This document shows positions 33,131 to 41,021 of a stretch of 64,000 nt of DNA, one piece after another. This DNA comes from Thermoanaerobaculia bacterium. Lineage in GTDB: Bacteria > Acidobacteriota > Thermoanaerobaculia > Multivoradales > JBJKRB01. Both the position numbers and the translations under genes were made by a program. The stretch spans positions 15,003 to 79,002 of the forward strand of contig JBJKRB010000111.1 in NCBI GenBank assembly GCA_046704885.1, given 5' to 3'. Under the pieces are notes generated by a model. The model ran no database searches. It was not told where the DNA came from and saw only the letters and a list, made by a program, of their open reading frames with translations. How positions within the stretch are numbered: position 1 is the first letter of the stretch; the number at the start of each line of letters is the position of its first letter.

Positions 33131-33475
33131 ATGACGCGAGCCGTTGTCCAGGTCATCGCCAACAGCGCCGCGGTCGTGCTTGCCGCGCACTTCATCCCCG
33201 GCATCAGCTACCACGGGGGGCTGCTCTATCTGCTCCTCGTGGGCCTGGTCATCGGCCTCATCAATCTCCTGGTCAAACCGGTCGTGACCTTTCTCTCCTG
33301 CCCGTTGATCGTCTTGACCCTGGGCCTGTTCTATCTGGTCATCAACGGTTTGATGCTTGCTTTGGCGGCCTTTTTCCTCGAGGGATTGACGATCGCCGGA
33401 TTTCTGCCCGCGATCCTCGGGGGGATCGTTCTGGCCCTGGTTAACTGGCTCGCGCGGGCCTTGCTCCTCGATTGA
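33131..33475 (+). CDS. Small four-helix membrane protein (DUF360 / phage-holin-4-like family)
   Basis: This uses an internal Met of ORF 33071..33475, which avoids overlap with pdxH. It is 114 aa and very hydrophobic (LINLLVKPVVTFLSCPLIVLTLGLFYLVINGLML). Confidence 0.75.
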   Translation: MTRAVVQVIANSAAVVLAAHFIPGISYHGGLLYLLLVGLVIGLINLLVKPVVTFLSCPLIVLTLGLFYLVINGLMLALAAFFLEGLTIAGFLPAILGGIVLALVNWLARALLLD

Positions 33476-33517
33476 GTTAGGGTAGGACCAGAAGGAATTC
33501 GAGAAGAGGAACCAACC

Positions 33518-34267
33518 ATGGACGAGCAGCGATTTGCAGTCGTCACCGGAGCGAGCTCCGGTATCGGAGAGGCAACCGCCGTAGCCTTGTCGGCGGCGGG
33601 ATTCCAGGTATTCCTCGGCGCCCGTCGTACCGAGCGCATCGAAGAAATCGCCAGCTCGTGCGGCGGTACCGCGATCCACCTCGACGTGACCCAGGAGGAG
33701 AGTGTCGAGCATTTCGTCGAGAGTCTTCCGCCCCACCTTCATTTGTTGGTGAATAACGCCGGGGGGGCTCTTGGCCTCGATGCCATTGCCGACGCTCAGG
33801 ACGAAAGGTGGCGCACGATGTTCGAGGTCAACGTGCTCGGGACCATGCGCATGACGCGCGCTCTGCTCCCCAGATTGCTCGCCAGCGGAGATGGCCAGGT
33901 CATCAACGTCGGGTCGACCTCGGGTTTCGAGACCTACCCCGGAGGGGCGGGATACACGGCAGCCAAATTCGGCGAGCGGGCGCTCACCAAGACCTTGCGT
34001 CTCGAGATGCTGGGCAAACCGATCCGCGTAACCGAGATCTGTCCCGGTTTGGTGGAGACCGAATTCTCGCTCGTGCGCTTCGAGGGCGACCAGAAGCGAG
34101 CCGCCGGGGTCTACGAGGGAATGGAGCCGCTGCGCGCCGAGGACGTCGCCGAGGCGGTCGTCTTCGCCGCTACCCGACCCCCGCACGTCGACATCGACGA
34201 GATCGTGATCCGGCCGCGCGATCAGGCGACGGCGACGCAGGTTTTTCGCCAAAGGAGGGACTCCTGA
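33518..34267 (+). CDS. SDR family NADP-dependent oxidoreductase (YdfG-like)
   Basis: 249 aa with VVTGASSGIGEA, NNAG and YTAAKFG catalytic motifs. Confidence 0.9.
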   Translation: MDEQRFAVVTGASSGIGEATAVALSAAGFQVFLGARRTERIEEIASSCGGTAIHLDVTQEESVEHFVESLPPHLHLLVNNAGGALGLDAIADAQDERWRTMFEVNVLGTMRMTRALLPRLLASGDGQVINVGSTSGFETYPGGAGYTAAKFGERALTKTLRLEMLGKPIRVTEICPGLVETEFSLVRFEGDQKRAAGVYEGMEPLRAEDVAEAVVFAATRPPHVDIDEIVIRPRDQATATQVFRQRRDS

Positions 34268-34632
34268 GCGCGAGAGATCGGCTCCTAGGCGCCGCCTCCC
34301 TGGCCACCGTGGTCGCACTGGCTCTCGGTGCTCTGGGCTGCGGGCAACTCTTCAACCGCGGGCCTGAGGGTGAGCGGCTCTACCGACAGCGCTGTGCCAG
34401 CTGCCACGGCATCGACGGGCGCGGCAACACTCCGCAGTGGATGGGAGACCCGTATGCCGACCTGACCGACGACTCCTGGCGCTACGGTGGAGATCCGCCA
34501 TCGATCGAGAACACCATTCGTGATGGGATCTTCGCCAAGATGCCCTCGAACAAGGACCTCTCCCCCAAACAGCTTCAGGAGCTCACCAACTACGTTCTCG
34601 CGCTGGGCGGCAAGAGCAGCGGAGAGCCCTAG
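34264..34632 (+). CDS. Mono-haem c-type cytochrome lipoprotein (start codon uncertain, possibly CTG)
   Basis: In frame with track ORF 33808..34632, the coding-looking part begins after the SDR stop. It has a lipobox (LALGALGC), a CASCHG haem site and a distal Met (FAKMPS). An AAAGGAGG SD lies at 34251-34258, and no ATG/GTG/TTG is suitably placed. Confidence 0.7.
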   Translation: MSARDRLLGAASLATVVALALGALGCGQLFNRGPEGERLYRQRCASCHGIDGRGNTPQWMGDPYADLTDDSWRYGGDPPSIENTIRDGIFAKMPSNKDLSPKQLQELTNYVLALGGKSSGEP

Positions 34633-34677
34633 GAGCGAGGAGCGCGACAAGCCCATTCTCAAGGCGACCCGAAAACC

Positions 34678-34917
34678 ATGGATCCCCAACAACTCAAGTC
34701 CGTCTTTGCCCAGCTCGAGGCGCTCGATCAGCGACTGAGCTACAAGCTCAGGCAGGCGCGGCGCGGCTCGCTCGTCCAGCCCGGAATCGATCAGATAGCC
34801 AACCAGGTCGCCGAGCTCCAGGAATACACACTGGAGCTCAAAGAGATCCTCCGCTCGCTGATCATGGCGATCGCCGCGAAACCTTCGACCACTCCGCCAC
34901 TGCCGCCTCCATCCTGA
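34678..34917 (+). CDS. Hypothetical small coiled-coil protein
   Basis: 79 aa with amphipathic helices and a Pro-rich end. It has no clear RBS, and its 3' end overlaps the convergent GNAT gene by about 56 nt. Confidence 0.3.
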   Translation: MDPQQLKSVFAQLEALDQRLSYKLRQARRGSLVQPGIDQIANQVAELQEYTLELKEILRSLIMAIAAKPSTTPPLPPPS

Positions 34918-35401
34918 ACGCATCCTCTCCGACTCCGTAGTAGTGCGCTACACGGTCTCGCACCTCGAATCCGAACCTCCGGTAGAGGGCCAGGGCCGGG
35001 CGATTGTCGCTACGGACCTCGAGACGTAGCAGGGCGAGCCCGCGCCGCTTGCCAACGGCGAAAGCGTAGGCAAGCAAACGGCCCCCCACCCCCCGGCGTC
35101 GAGCACCGGGCTCGACCCCGATGGAATAGATGCGGAGGGTCGTTCCTCCCTCTCGGTACGACAGCACCAGGGCCCCCACCGCACGACCCTTCAGCTCCGC
35201 CACCATAGTCAATCCCGCGCCTCTATCGACCAGACGGCGCCACTGCCTGCGACGAATCCGCTCGCTCTCGTTGACGAATGCCTGCGCCTCGATGCGAACG
35301 AGCGCATCGACGTCCGTCTCTCGTGCCGTGCGAACGCGCACTCTCCGCTCTAAAGTGGTAGGCCGAACCGAGCTCTCCGACCGGCCCCTTTCAACGGTCA
35401 A
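34862..35401 (-). CDS. GNAT family N-acetyltransferase (RimI-like)
   Basis: 179 aa with the acetyl-CoA-binding motif IGVEPGARRRGVGGRLL and LEVRSDNRPALALYRRFGF. Confidence 0.85.
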   Translation of the reverse strand: MTVERGRSESSVRPTTLERRVRVRTARETDVDALVRIEAQAFVNESERIRRRQWRRLVDRGAGLTMVAELKGRAVGALVLSYREGGTTLRIYSIGVEPGARRRGVGGRLLAYAFAVGKRRGLALLRLEVRSDNRPALALYRRFGFEVRDRVAHYYGVGEDAFRMEAAVAEWSKVSRRSP

Positions 35402-35653
35402 ATCCGGACCTCCCCGGAAGCCAAAGCGCCCCCTCTCGCCGCCATCGAAATGTCACGCCAACACCTTTACGCGAGCGCCAACAGCGGGTAAAATAATGGC
35501 CTCGGCAGGCGTTTGAACGACGGGGGTTAAAGCCATCAAAACCGCAGCACACGCTACGGGCTCGCTCATGCTCCCTATCCGTTTTCCGTGTCACCTCGAG
35601 CGGCGCCATACCGCCCGGATGGATTATGAACCACTCTCCCTCGGAGGATACCC

Positions 35654-38600
35654 ATGAGAACCAGCTGTCGCCTCATGCTCGCTCTGGCGCTCGTCGCCAG
35701 TGTCGGGCTCGTGATGACACCCCGCGCCATGGCGCAGGAAACCACAACCGGTAGCATCAGCGGCCGCGTCACTCTGCACCAGGACGGCTCCCCGCTCGCG
35801 GGCGCCACCGTGATCGCGACGCATGTCCCGACGGGGACCCAGTACAAGACGGTGACCCGCGAGGACGGTCGCTACAGCATCTTCAACGTCCGCGTCGGAA
35901 GCCCCTATGAGATCACCGTACAGAAAGAGGGCTTCAAGACCGAGCATCAAGGCGGTCTTCGCGTGCGCTTGGGCGAGGATCTGAAGACCGACTTCTCGAT
36001 GCAGCTCCAGGCGGTCAGCGAGACGGTTACCGTCACCGGAGGTGCCTCGGCCATCATCAACCCGTCGCGTACCGGCGCCACCACGAACGTCTCCTCGGTC
36101 GAGCTCAAGACCCTGCCGACGATCGACCGTAGCCTGCTCGACTACGCCCGCACCTCCCCCTTCTTCAGCACTCTGGCGGACAGCGGGAACGGCGACACCA
36201 CGATCACGGTCGCGGGACGACCCAACCGCTACAACAACATCCAAATCGACGGCGCGGTCAACAACGACGTCTTCGGGCTCGCCGCGCAAGGAACCCCCGG
36301 CGGGCAGGCCGAAACCCAGCCGATCAGCCTCGATGCGATCCAAGAAGTCCAGCTCCTGGTCTCCCCTTACGACGTTCGCCAGGGCGGGTTCTCGGGCGGC
36401 GCCATCAACGCCATCACCAAGAGCGGCACCAACAAGTTCAAGGGCGGGGTCTTCTACTACACCCGCAACCAGAGCCTGGTCGGAAAGACCGCGACCAGCG
36501 GCCCGATCGGCAAGTTCAGCAACAAGCAGTACGGCTTCCACTTGGGCGGCCCGATCAAGCAGGACAAGGCGTTCTTCTTCGTCACCGCCGAGCTCGACCG
36601 GCGCGACACGCCGGCCGGCTATTCGATCGATGGCTCGGGACAGCATTTCGGGCATGTGGCCGACGTCAACGATTTCCTGAGCATCTTGAAGAACGAGTAT
36701 GGCTACAGTCCGGGCGGAACCAACGAGTTCACGCGCGGCACGAATAGCGACAACTTCTTCGGCCGTCTCGACTTCAACCTGAGCGACAGCACCCAGCTGA
36801 CCCTGCGGCACAACTATGTCAAGGCCAGCAACGACATCGGGTATCCGAGCTCCCGGGCCTACATCTTCCCGGACCACTTCTACCAGTTCAAGGACAAGAC
36901 GAACTCGTCGGTGGCTCAGCTCAACAGCGTCTTCAGCAATTCGCTCTACAACGAGGCGCGAGTCACTTACCAAACCATTCGTGACAACCGTGGCGGTCCG
37001 ACGCGGTTCCCCCAGGTTCGGGTCTACTTGAGCGACGGCTCGACCCTGACCGCGGGCACGGAGGAGTACTCGACCGCCAACAGTCTCGATCAGACGATCG
37101 TCGAGCTCACCGACGATTTGACCTGGTGGAAGGGCAACCACAAGTTCACCTTCGGCACCCACAACGAGTCGTTCAAGTTCGACAACCTGTTCATCCGCGA
37201 CAACTTCGGCGCTTACTGGTTCAACAGCCTGGCGGACTTCGCCGCGGGACGCGCCTACGAGTTCAGCTATAGCTTCTCGAACACGGGCAACCCGCAGCAG
37301 GCGGCCCAGTTCAGTGTCCGTCAGTATGGCTTCTACGCCGAGGACGAGTGGAGCCCGGGCCACAATGTGACCGTGACCTACGGGCTGCGCATGGATATGC
37401 CGACCTTCCCCGACACCCCGGGCGCCAACCCCGCGGTGGCGGCGGTCTACGGCAAGCGCACCAACGTGACCCCGAGCTCGAGCCCCCTGTGGTCGCCGCG
37501 CGTCGGCTTCAACTGGGACATCGGCGGGCAGGGCAATGAGCAGCTGCGTGGAGGTCTGGGAATCTTCACCGGCCGGACCCCATACGTCTGGCTCTCCAAC
37601 CAGTACTCGAACACCGGGCTCGACTTCACGCGGCTCTTCGCCTACATCCCGTACTACCTGGTGAGCCCGACCAACTACATCCCGTTCACCGCGGATCCGA
37701 ACAACCAACCGAAGTCGCTAGGGTCGGCCTCCACCAACGAGATCGACCTCGTCGATCCGAACTTCCAGTTCCCGCAGATCTTCCGCACCACCCTGGCGTA
37801 CGACCGGCAGCTCCCCTGGTGGGGCATGGTGGGGACGGTCGAGGCCATCTACTCGAAGACCCAGAAGGACATCCTCTACCAGGACCTCAATGTGGTCCCG
37901 ACCGGTCAGCACCTCTTCGACGGACGACCGCTCTTCACCAACAAGGATCGCAACTTCAGCAACGTGATCTACCTCACCAACACCAGCAAGGGCGATCAGG
38001 TCAACGCCAGCATCAAGATCGAGAAGCCCTACTCGCACGGGCTGACCTGGAGCGTCTCCTACGTCTACGGCAAGGCCCGGTCGATCAATGACGGAAGCTC
38101 GAGCCAGGCGGTGTCGAACTGGCGGTATCTGCCGATCCAGGGCGATCCCAACCATCCGGGGCTCTCGAACTCCGACTTCGACGTCCGCGACCGGTTCATG
38201 GGGTATCTCTCCTACCACTTCAAGCTCTTCGGTGGGCTCCAGAACACGGTCTCGTTCTACTACAACGCCCAGTCGGGCCGGCCGTACTCGACGCTCTTCT
38301 ACAACGACGTCAACGGTGACCGGCAATACAGCGACCTGCTGTACGTTCCGGCCAACGTCAACGACGTGATCGTCACCGGCGGAACGGCGGCGCAGCTCCA
38401 GGAGTACATCAACGCCGACAAGGGGTTGAGCGCCGCCAAGGGGCACATCGTGCAGCGCAACGCCAGCTTCGCCCCCTGGACCCATCAGCTCGACTTCCAC
38501 TACTCGCTCGAGCTGCCGATCCAGCGCTTCAACGCGCAGATCACCTTCGACGTGTTCAACTTCCTCAATCTGCTCGACAAGAGCTGGGGCTTGGTGCGCT

Positions 38601-38764
38601 ACGTCCCGTTCGGCACCGTCTCGCCGATCCGCTACGACGGCATCGACAAGGCGACCGGCAAGCCGATCTACCACATGCTGTTCACCAATCCTGACCAGCG
38701 GTGGAGCGTCGACGACCTGCGTTCGCGCTATCAGGCGAAGATCGGGCTCCGCTTGAGCTTCTGA
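35654..38764 (+). CDS. TonB-dependent receptor-like outer-membrane protein with N-terminal carboxypeptidase-regulatory-like domain
   Basis: 1036 aa with a signal peptide, a CarboxypepD_reg pattern (GSISGRVT...GATVIATHVPTGTQYKTVTREDGRYSIFNVRVGSPYEI), a plug-like region, a long barrel and a terminal LRLSF. Confidence 0.9.
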   Translation: MRTSCRLMLALALVASVGLVMTPRAMAQETTTGSISGRVTLHQDGSPLAGATVIATHVPTGTQYKTVTREDGRYSIFNVRVGSPYEITVQKEGFKTEHQGGLRVRLGEDLKTDFSMQLQAVSETVTVTGGASAIINPSRTGATTNVSSVELKTLPTIDRSLLDYARTSPFFSTLADSGNGDTTITVAGRPNRYNNIQIDGAVNNDVFGLAAQGTPGGQAETQPISLDAIQEVQLLVSPYDVRQGGFSGGAINAITKSGTNKFKGGVFYYTRNQSLVGKTATSGPIGKFSNKQYGFHLGGPIKQDKAFFFVTAELDRRDTPAGYSIDGSGQHFGHVADVNDFLSILKNEYGYSPGGTNEFTRGTNSDNFFGRLDFNLSDSTQLTLRHNYVKASNDIGYPSSRAYIFPDHFYQFKDKTNSSVAQLNSVFSNSLYNEARVTYQTIRDNRGGPTRFPQVRVYLSDGSTLTAGTEEYSTANSLDQTIVELTDDLTWWKGNHKFTFGTHNESFKFDNLFIRDNFGAYWFNSLADFAAGRAYEFSYSFSNTGNPQQAAQFSVRQYGFYAEDEWSPGHNVTVTYGLRMDMPTFPDTPGANPAVAAVYGKRTNVTPSSSPLWSPRVGFNWDIGGQGNEQLRGGLGIFTGRTPYVWLSNQYSNTGLDFTRLFAYIPYYLVSPTNYIPFTADPNNQPKSLGSASTNEIDLVDPNFQFPQIFRTTLAYDRQLPWWGMVGTVEAIYSKTQKDILYQDLNVVPTGQHLFDGRPLFTNKDRNFSNVIYLTNTSKGDQVNASIKIEKPYSHGLTWSVSYVYGKARSINDGSSSQAVSNWRYLPIQGDPNHPGLSNSDFDVRDRFMGYLSYHFKLFGGLQNTVSFYYNAQSGRPYSTLFYNDVNGDRQYSDLLYVPANVNDVIVTGGTAAQLQEYINADKGLSAAKGHIVQRNASFAPWTHQLDFHYSLELPIQRFNAQITFDVFNFLNLLDKSWGLVRYVPFGTVSPIRYDGIDKATGKPIYHMLFTNPDQRWSVDDLRSRYQAKIGLRLSF

Positions 38765-38798
38765 GCGGACTTCCAGCAACTCGGCTTCAACCGAGAGA

Positions 38799-38835
38799 GA
38801 ACGGGGACCGGGAAACCGGTCCCCGTTCTTCTTAT
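38799..38835 (+). terminator. Rho-independent terminator (possibly bidirectional, between the TonB receptor and dut)
   Basis: GAACGGGGACCGG-GAAA-CCGGTCCCCGTTC is a perfect 13-bp stem with a GNRA loop. It is followed by TTCTTATAAAG. Confidence 0.7.
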
Positions 38836-38888
38836 AAAGACAAAGCGAATCTCGGCTTTGCGATTACAAAGAGATCGTGTTGCTGGCG

Positions 38889-39347
38889 CTAGTCGCTGCC
38901 GCTGGAGCCGAATCCCCCGTCTCCCCGCCCGCTCGGCGGCAGCTCCTCGACCTCGCGCAAGCTGACGACCGGGACCCGCGAGAAGAGCAGCTGGCCGATC
39001 CGCATTCCCGGCTCGATCGTGAACGGCTGATCGCCGAGATTGACGAGAATGACCTTGACCTCGCCTCGATAGTCGCTGTCGATCGTTCCCGGGGCGTTGG
39101 CCAGGGTGACGCCGGAGCTGAGGGCCAGGCCGCTGCGGGGCCGCAGTTGCCCTTCCCAGCCCGGTGGAATCGCGAGCGCCAGACCGGTTGGCACTGCACG
39201 TCTTTCCCCGGGAGCGAGCGTTTCCTCCGCGCGCAACGCCGCGCGGAGGTCAAGCCCGGCACTTCCCGCGGTCGCCAACTCCGGCAAAGGGAGCTCCAGC
39301 CCATGGGCCAGCCTCTTCACCAAGACCGTGAGGTCCCGTTTGTCCAC
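38889..39347 (-). CDS. dut: dUTP diphosphatase
   Basis: This is the C-terminal 152 codons of track ORF 38889..39803, with a GTG start at 39347 (VDKRDLTVLVKRL). Motifs are TAGSAGLDL, RSGLA and GTIDSDYRGEV. The longer ORF overlaps the upstream pseudopilin gene. Confidence 0.9.
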   Translation of the reverse strand: MDKRDLTVLVKRLAHGLELPLPELATAGSAGLDLRAALRAEETLAPGERRAVPTGLALAIPPGWEGQLRPRSGLALSSGVTLANAPGTIDSDYRGEVKVILVNLGDQPFTIEPGMRIGQLLFSRVPVVSLREVEELPPSGRGDGGFGSSGSD

Positions 39348-39352
39348 GGCTC

Positions 39353-40057
39353 TCAAGGGACGGCCTGGTTGTGGGCGGTCGGGGTCGTCCCGGGTATAAC
39401 TTGACCGCGGAAGGGGCGCCAAAAGGCCCCCGTCGAAAGCCGCGGCAACGGTCCGTTGTGCGGACCGAGTCTGATCCCGACCGCGGTTTGCGCAAGTTTG
39501 ACGGTGAAAAGCCACTGATCGTACTGTCGCTTGCCGAAAAAGGAAATGAGCGAATGACCGGTGCTCTTGCTGTGCACGCCGAGGATCGGTCGCAGGGTTT
39601 GCGTCGTTCCATCCCCCTGGTCTTGCCCCTGGGTGCCCTGCTCCTCGCCGAAGCCATTCTCCTGCCCATTCTGTGGATAGACCTGGCCGCCGGGCTGCAT
39701 CGACTGGCCGCTCCCCTGCCCCGGCCTCAAGCCGGGACTGGGCATCGGACTGCCCGCGTAGATCAAGGCCCACTCCCCATTCTTGGTCATCGGGTCCTTC
39801 CACAAGCGGCGGATGGATCGCGGCTTGACGTCGAGCAGCTCTTGCAGACGGACCGGATAGCGGCCGAACCGTTCATGAAACACGCGGATGGCCTCGGCGT
39901 ACTGGAGACCCCGGAAGATCAGCTCATGCTCCTTCTCCCGCTGCATCCGCTGGCTCCAGATCGGGATCAGCACCGCCAGCATCACGTTCATCACCGCGAT
40001 CAGAACGATCAAGGTAATGAGAGTGAAACCGGCCTCCGGTTGGCTGCGGCCCTGCAT
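39353..40057 (-). CDS. Prepilin-type N-terminal domain protein lacking Glu5, with Gln/Gly-rich insert (minor pseudopilin candidate)
   Basis: The internal Met at 40057 forms an ATGA overlap with the upstream stop. The protein starts MQGRSQPEAG/FTLITLIVLIAVMNVMLAVLI and contains a low-complexity stretch (GQGSGQSMQPGGQVYPQNGQENGFGEEQGTQGQDQGDG). Confidence 0.75.
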   Translation of the reverse strand: MQGRSQPEAGFTLITLIVLIAVMNVMLAVLIPIWSQRMQREKEHELIFRGLQYAEAIRVFHERFGRYPVRLQELLDVKPRSIRRLWKDPMTKNGEWALIYAGSPMPSPGLRPGQGSGQSMQPGGQVYPQNGQENGFGEEQGTQGQDQGDGTTQTLRPILGVHSKSTGHSLISFFGKRQYDQWLFTVKLAQTAVGIRLGPHNGPLPRLSTGAFWRPFRGQVIPGTTPTAHNQAVP

Positions 40058-40509
40058 CACCAGTCCTTGTAGAACGAGCCGTCCAGGCTCTTGAGCGGTG
40101 AGCCCGAATGCACGTCGATGATGCCCGGTTGCTGATCCACAGAAGAGCTCGACTGGCTCCCTTCGTCCGGGTTCTGCTCCTCGTAGACGACCGTCCACGT
40201 CTGGTTGCTCTTGGTGATGGGATCTACCGGGATCGCCCGTAGATACTTTTCTGTCACCAGGGCATCGAGCGACGGCGGGTAGACCCCTTTATCGGCATAG
40301 TACTGATCGATCGCCTCTCGGAACGCGCGCAGGTCCGTCTTGAGCGCGGTTTCCGCGGCCTTGCGCGGGACGTTCTTGAGCTGTGGCATGACGATCGCGG
40401 CGAGAATCCCGATGATGGCGATGACGATGATCATCTCAAGCAGGGTAAACCCAGCCTGGCGCGCGCCTTGCCGCCATTGTCGTACGGAGTTTCGATCGCT
40501 TTCTACCAT
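40057..40509 (-). CDS. GspG-like type II secretion pseudopilin
   Basis: The internal Met at 40509 gives leader MVESDRNSVRQWRQGARQAG/FTLLEMIIVIAIIGILAAIV. A GspG-like core is present (IDQYYADKGVYPPSLDALV...AIPVDP). Confidence 0.85.
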   Translation of the reverse strand: MVESDRNSVRQWRQGARQAGFTLLEMIIVIAIIGILAAIVMPQLKNVPRKAAETALKTDLRAFREAIDQYYADKGVYPPSLDALVTEKYLRAIPVDPITKSNQTWTVVYEEQNPDEGSQSSSSVDQQPGIIDVHSGSPLKSLDGSFYKDW

Positions 40510-41021
40510 TTGCTGTATTTGATGCCGTCGAGTCCAGTTCCAGTGCTGAGCGAGTAGACGTCGTAAACGTCTTCGCCTCCCCAAGTCGTCGAGTCGGGCT
40601 CGTCCTGATAGCTCCGCAGGCCCCATTTTGCCTCCCCCGTCATCGGATCGACGGGAATGCGGCGCAAGAACTTCACCTTTTGGTCGACCTTGCCGACCAG
40701 CTTGACCCCATCCACTAGGACCTGAAGATTCTTCGGATAGCCGTCACTGCCGAGCTCGACCGGAATCAAGCCGGCATCACTGTAGCGCTTGTACTCGTCA
40801 ATCGCGTTCCGCATCTCTCGGAGGTCCTGCCTGAGGTCGAGCTCCCTGGTCCTCTTGGCCGTGTAGTGCGCCATCGGCAAGACCGTGGCGGCGAGAATCG
40901 CGAGGATCGCGGTTACGATGACCAGCTCCATCAGGGTAAACCCCGCCTCCCGGCGCTGCGCGATTCGCGCCGAGCGCGCAGGATTGATGGAGAGTGAAGC
41001 GCGTTTCATCGAGAGGGTCAA
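40503..41021 (-). CDS. GspG-like type II secretion pseudopilin (paralog)
   Basis: 172 aa with leader ...RIAQRREAG/FTLMELVIVTAILAILAATV and core IDEYKRYSDAGLIP...RIPVDPMTG. The C-terminus (YSKW) parallels that of its neighbour (YKDW). Confidence 0.85.
   Translation of the reverse strand: MTLSMKRASLSINPARSARIAQRREAGFTLMELVIVTAILAILAATVLPMAHYTAKRTRELDLRQDLREMRNAIDEYKRYSDAGLIPVELGSDGYPKNLQVLVDGVKLVGKVDQKVKFLRRIPVDPMTGEAKWGLRSYQDEPDSTTWGGEDVYDVYSLSTGTGLDGIKYSKW

Noticed and set aside
32672-34318. 548-aa ORF antisense to pdxH, the DUF360 gene and the SDR gene
   Set aside because: It spans three well-supported sense-strand genes, and its translation is Arg/Gly/Pro-rich without motifs.
34678-34917. 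Small coiled-coil ORF as part of a functional pair with the cytochrome c
   Set aside because: It has no RBS and no recognisable motif, and it overlaps the convergent GNAT gene by 56 nt. It is kept only as a low-confidence feature.
35402-35653. Possible riboswitch (e.g. cobalamin) in the 252-bp leader of the TonB-dependent receptor
   Set aside because: I could not find a B12-box or any other riboswitch core motif I recognise, only short non-conserved-looking hairpins. An Infernal scan would be needed to revisit this.
35624-37708. 694-aa ORF antisense to the TonB-dependent receptor
   Set aside because: The V/G/R/A-rich translation has no motif, and the sense-strand product has a signal peptide, CarboxypepD_reg pattern and terminal Phe. 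It is a GC-bias artefact.
38889-39803. 304-aa track ORF extending dut upstream
   Set aside because: dUTPase motifs occupy only the last ~150 codons. The extension overlaps the pseudopilin gene in another frame. A GTG at 39347 gives a normal-length Dut.
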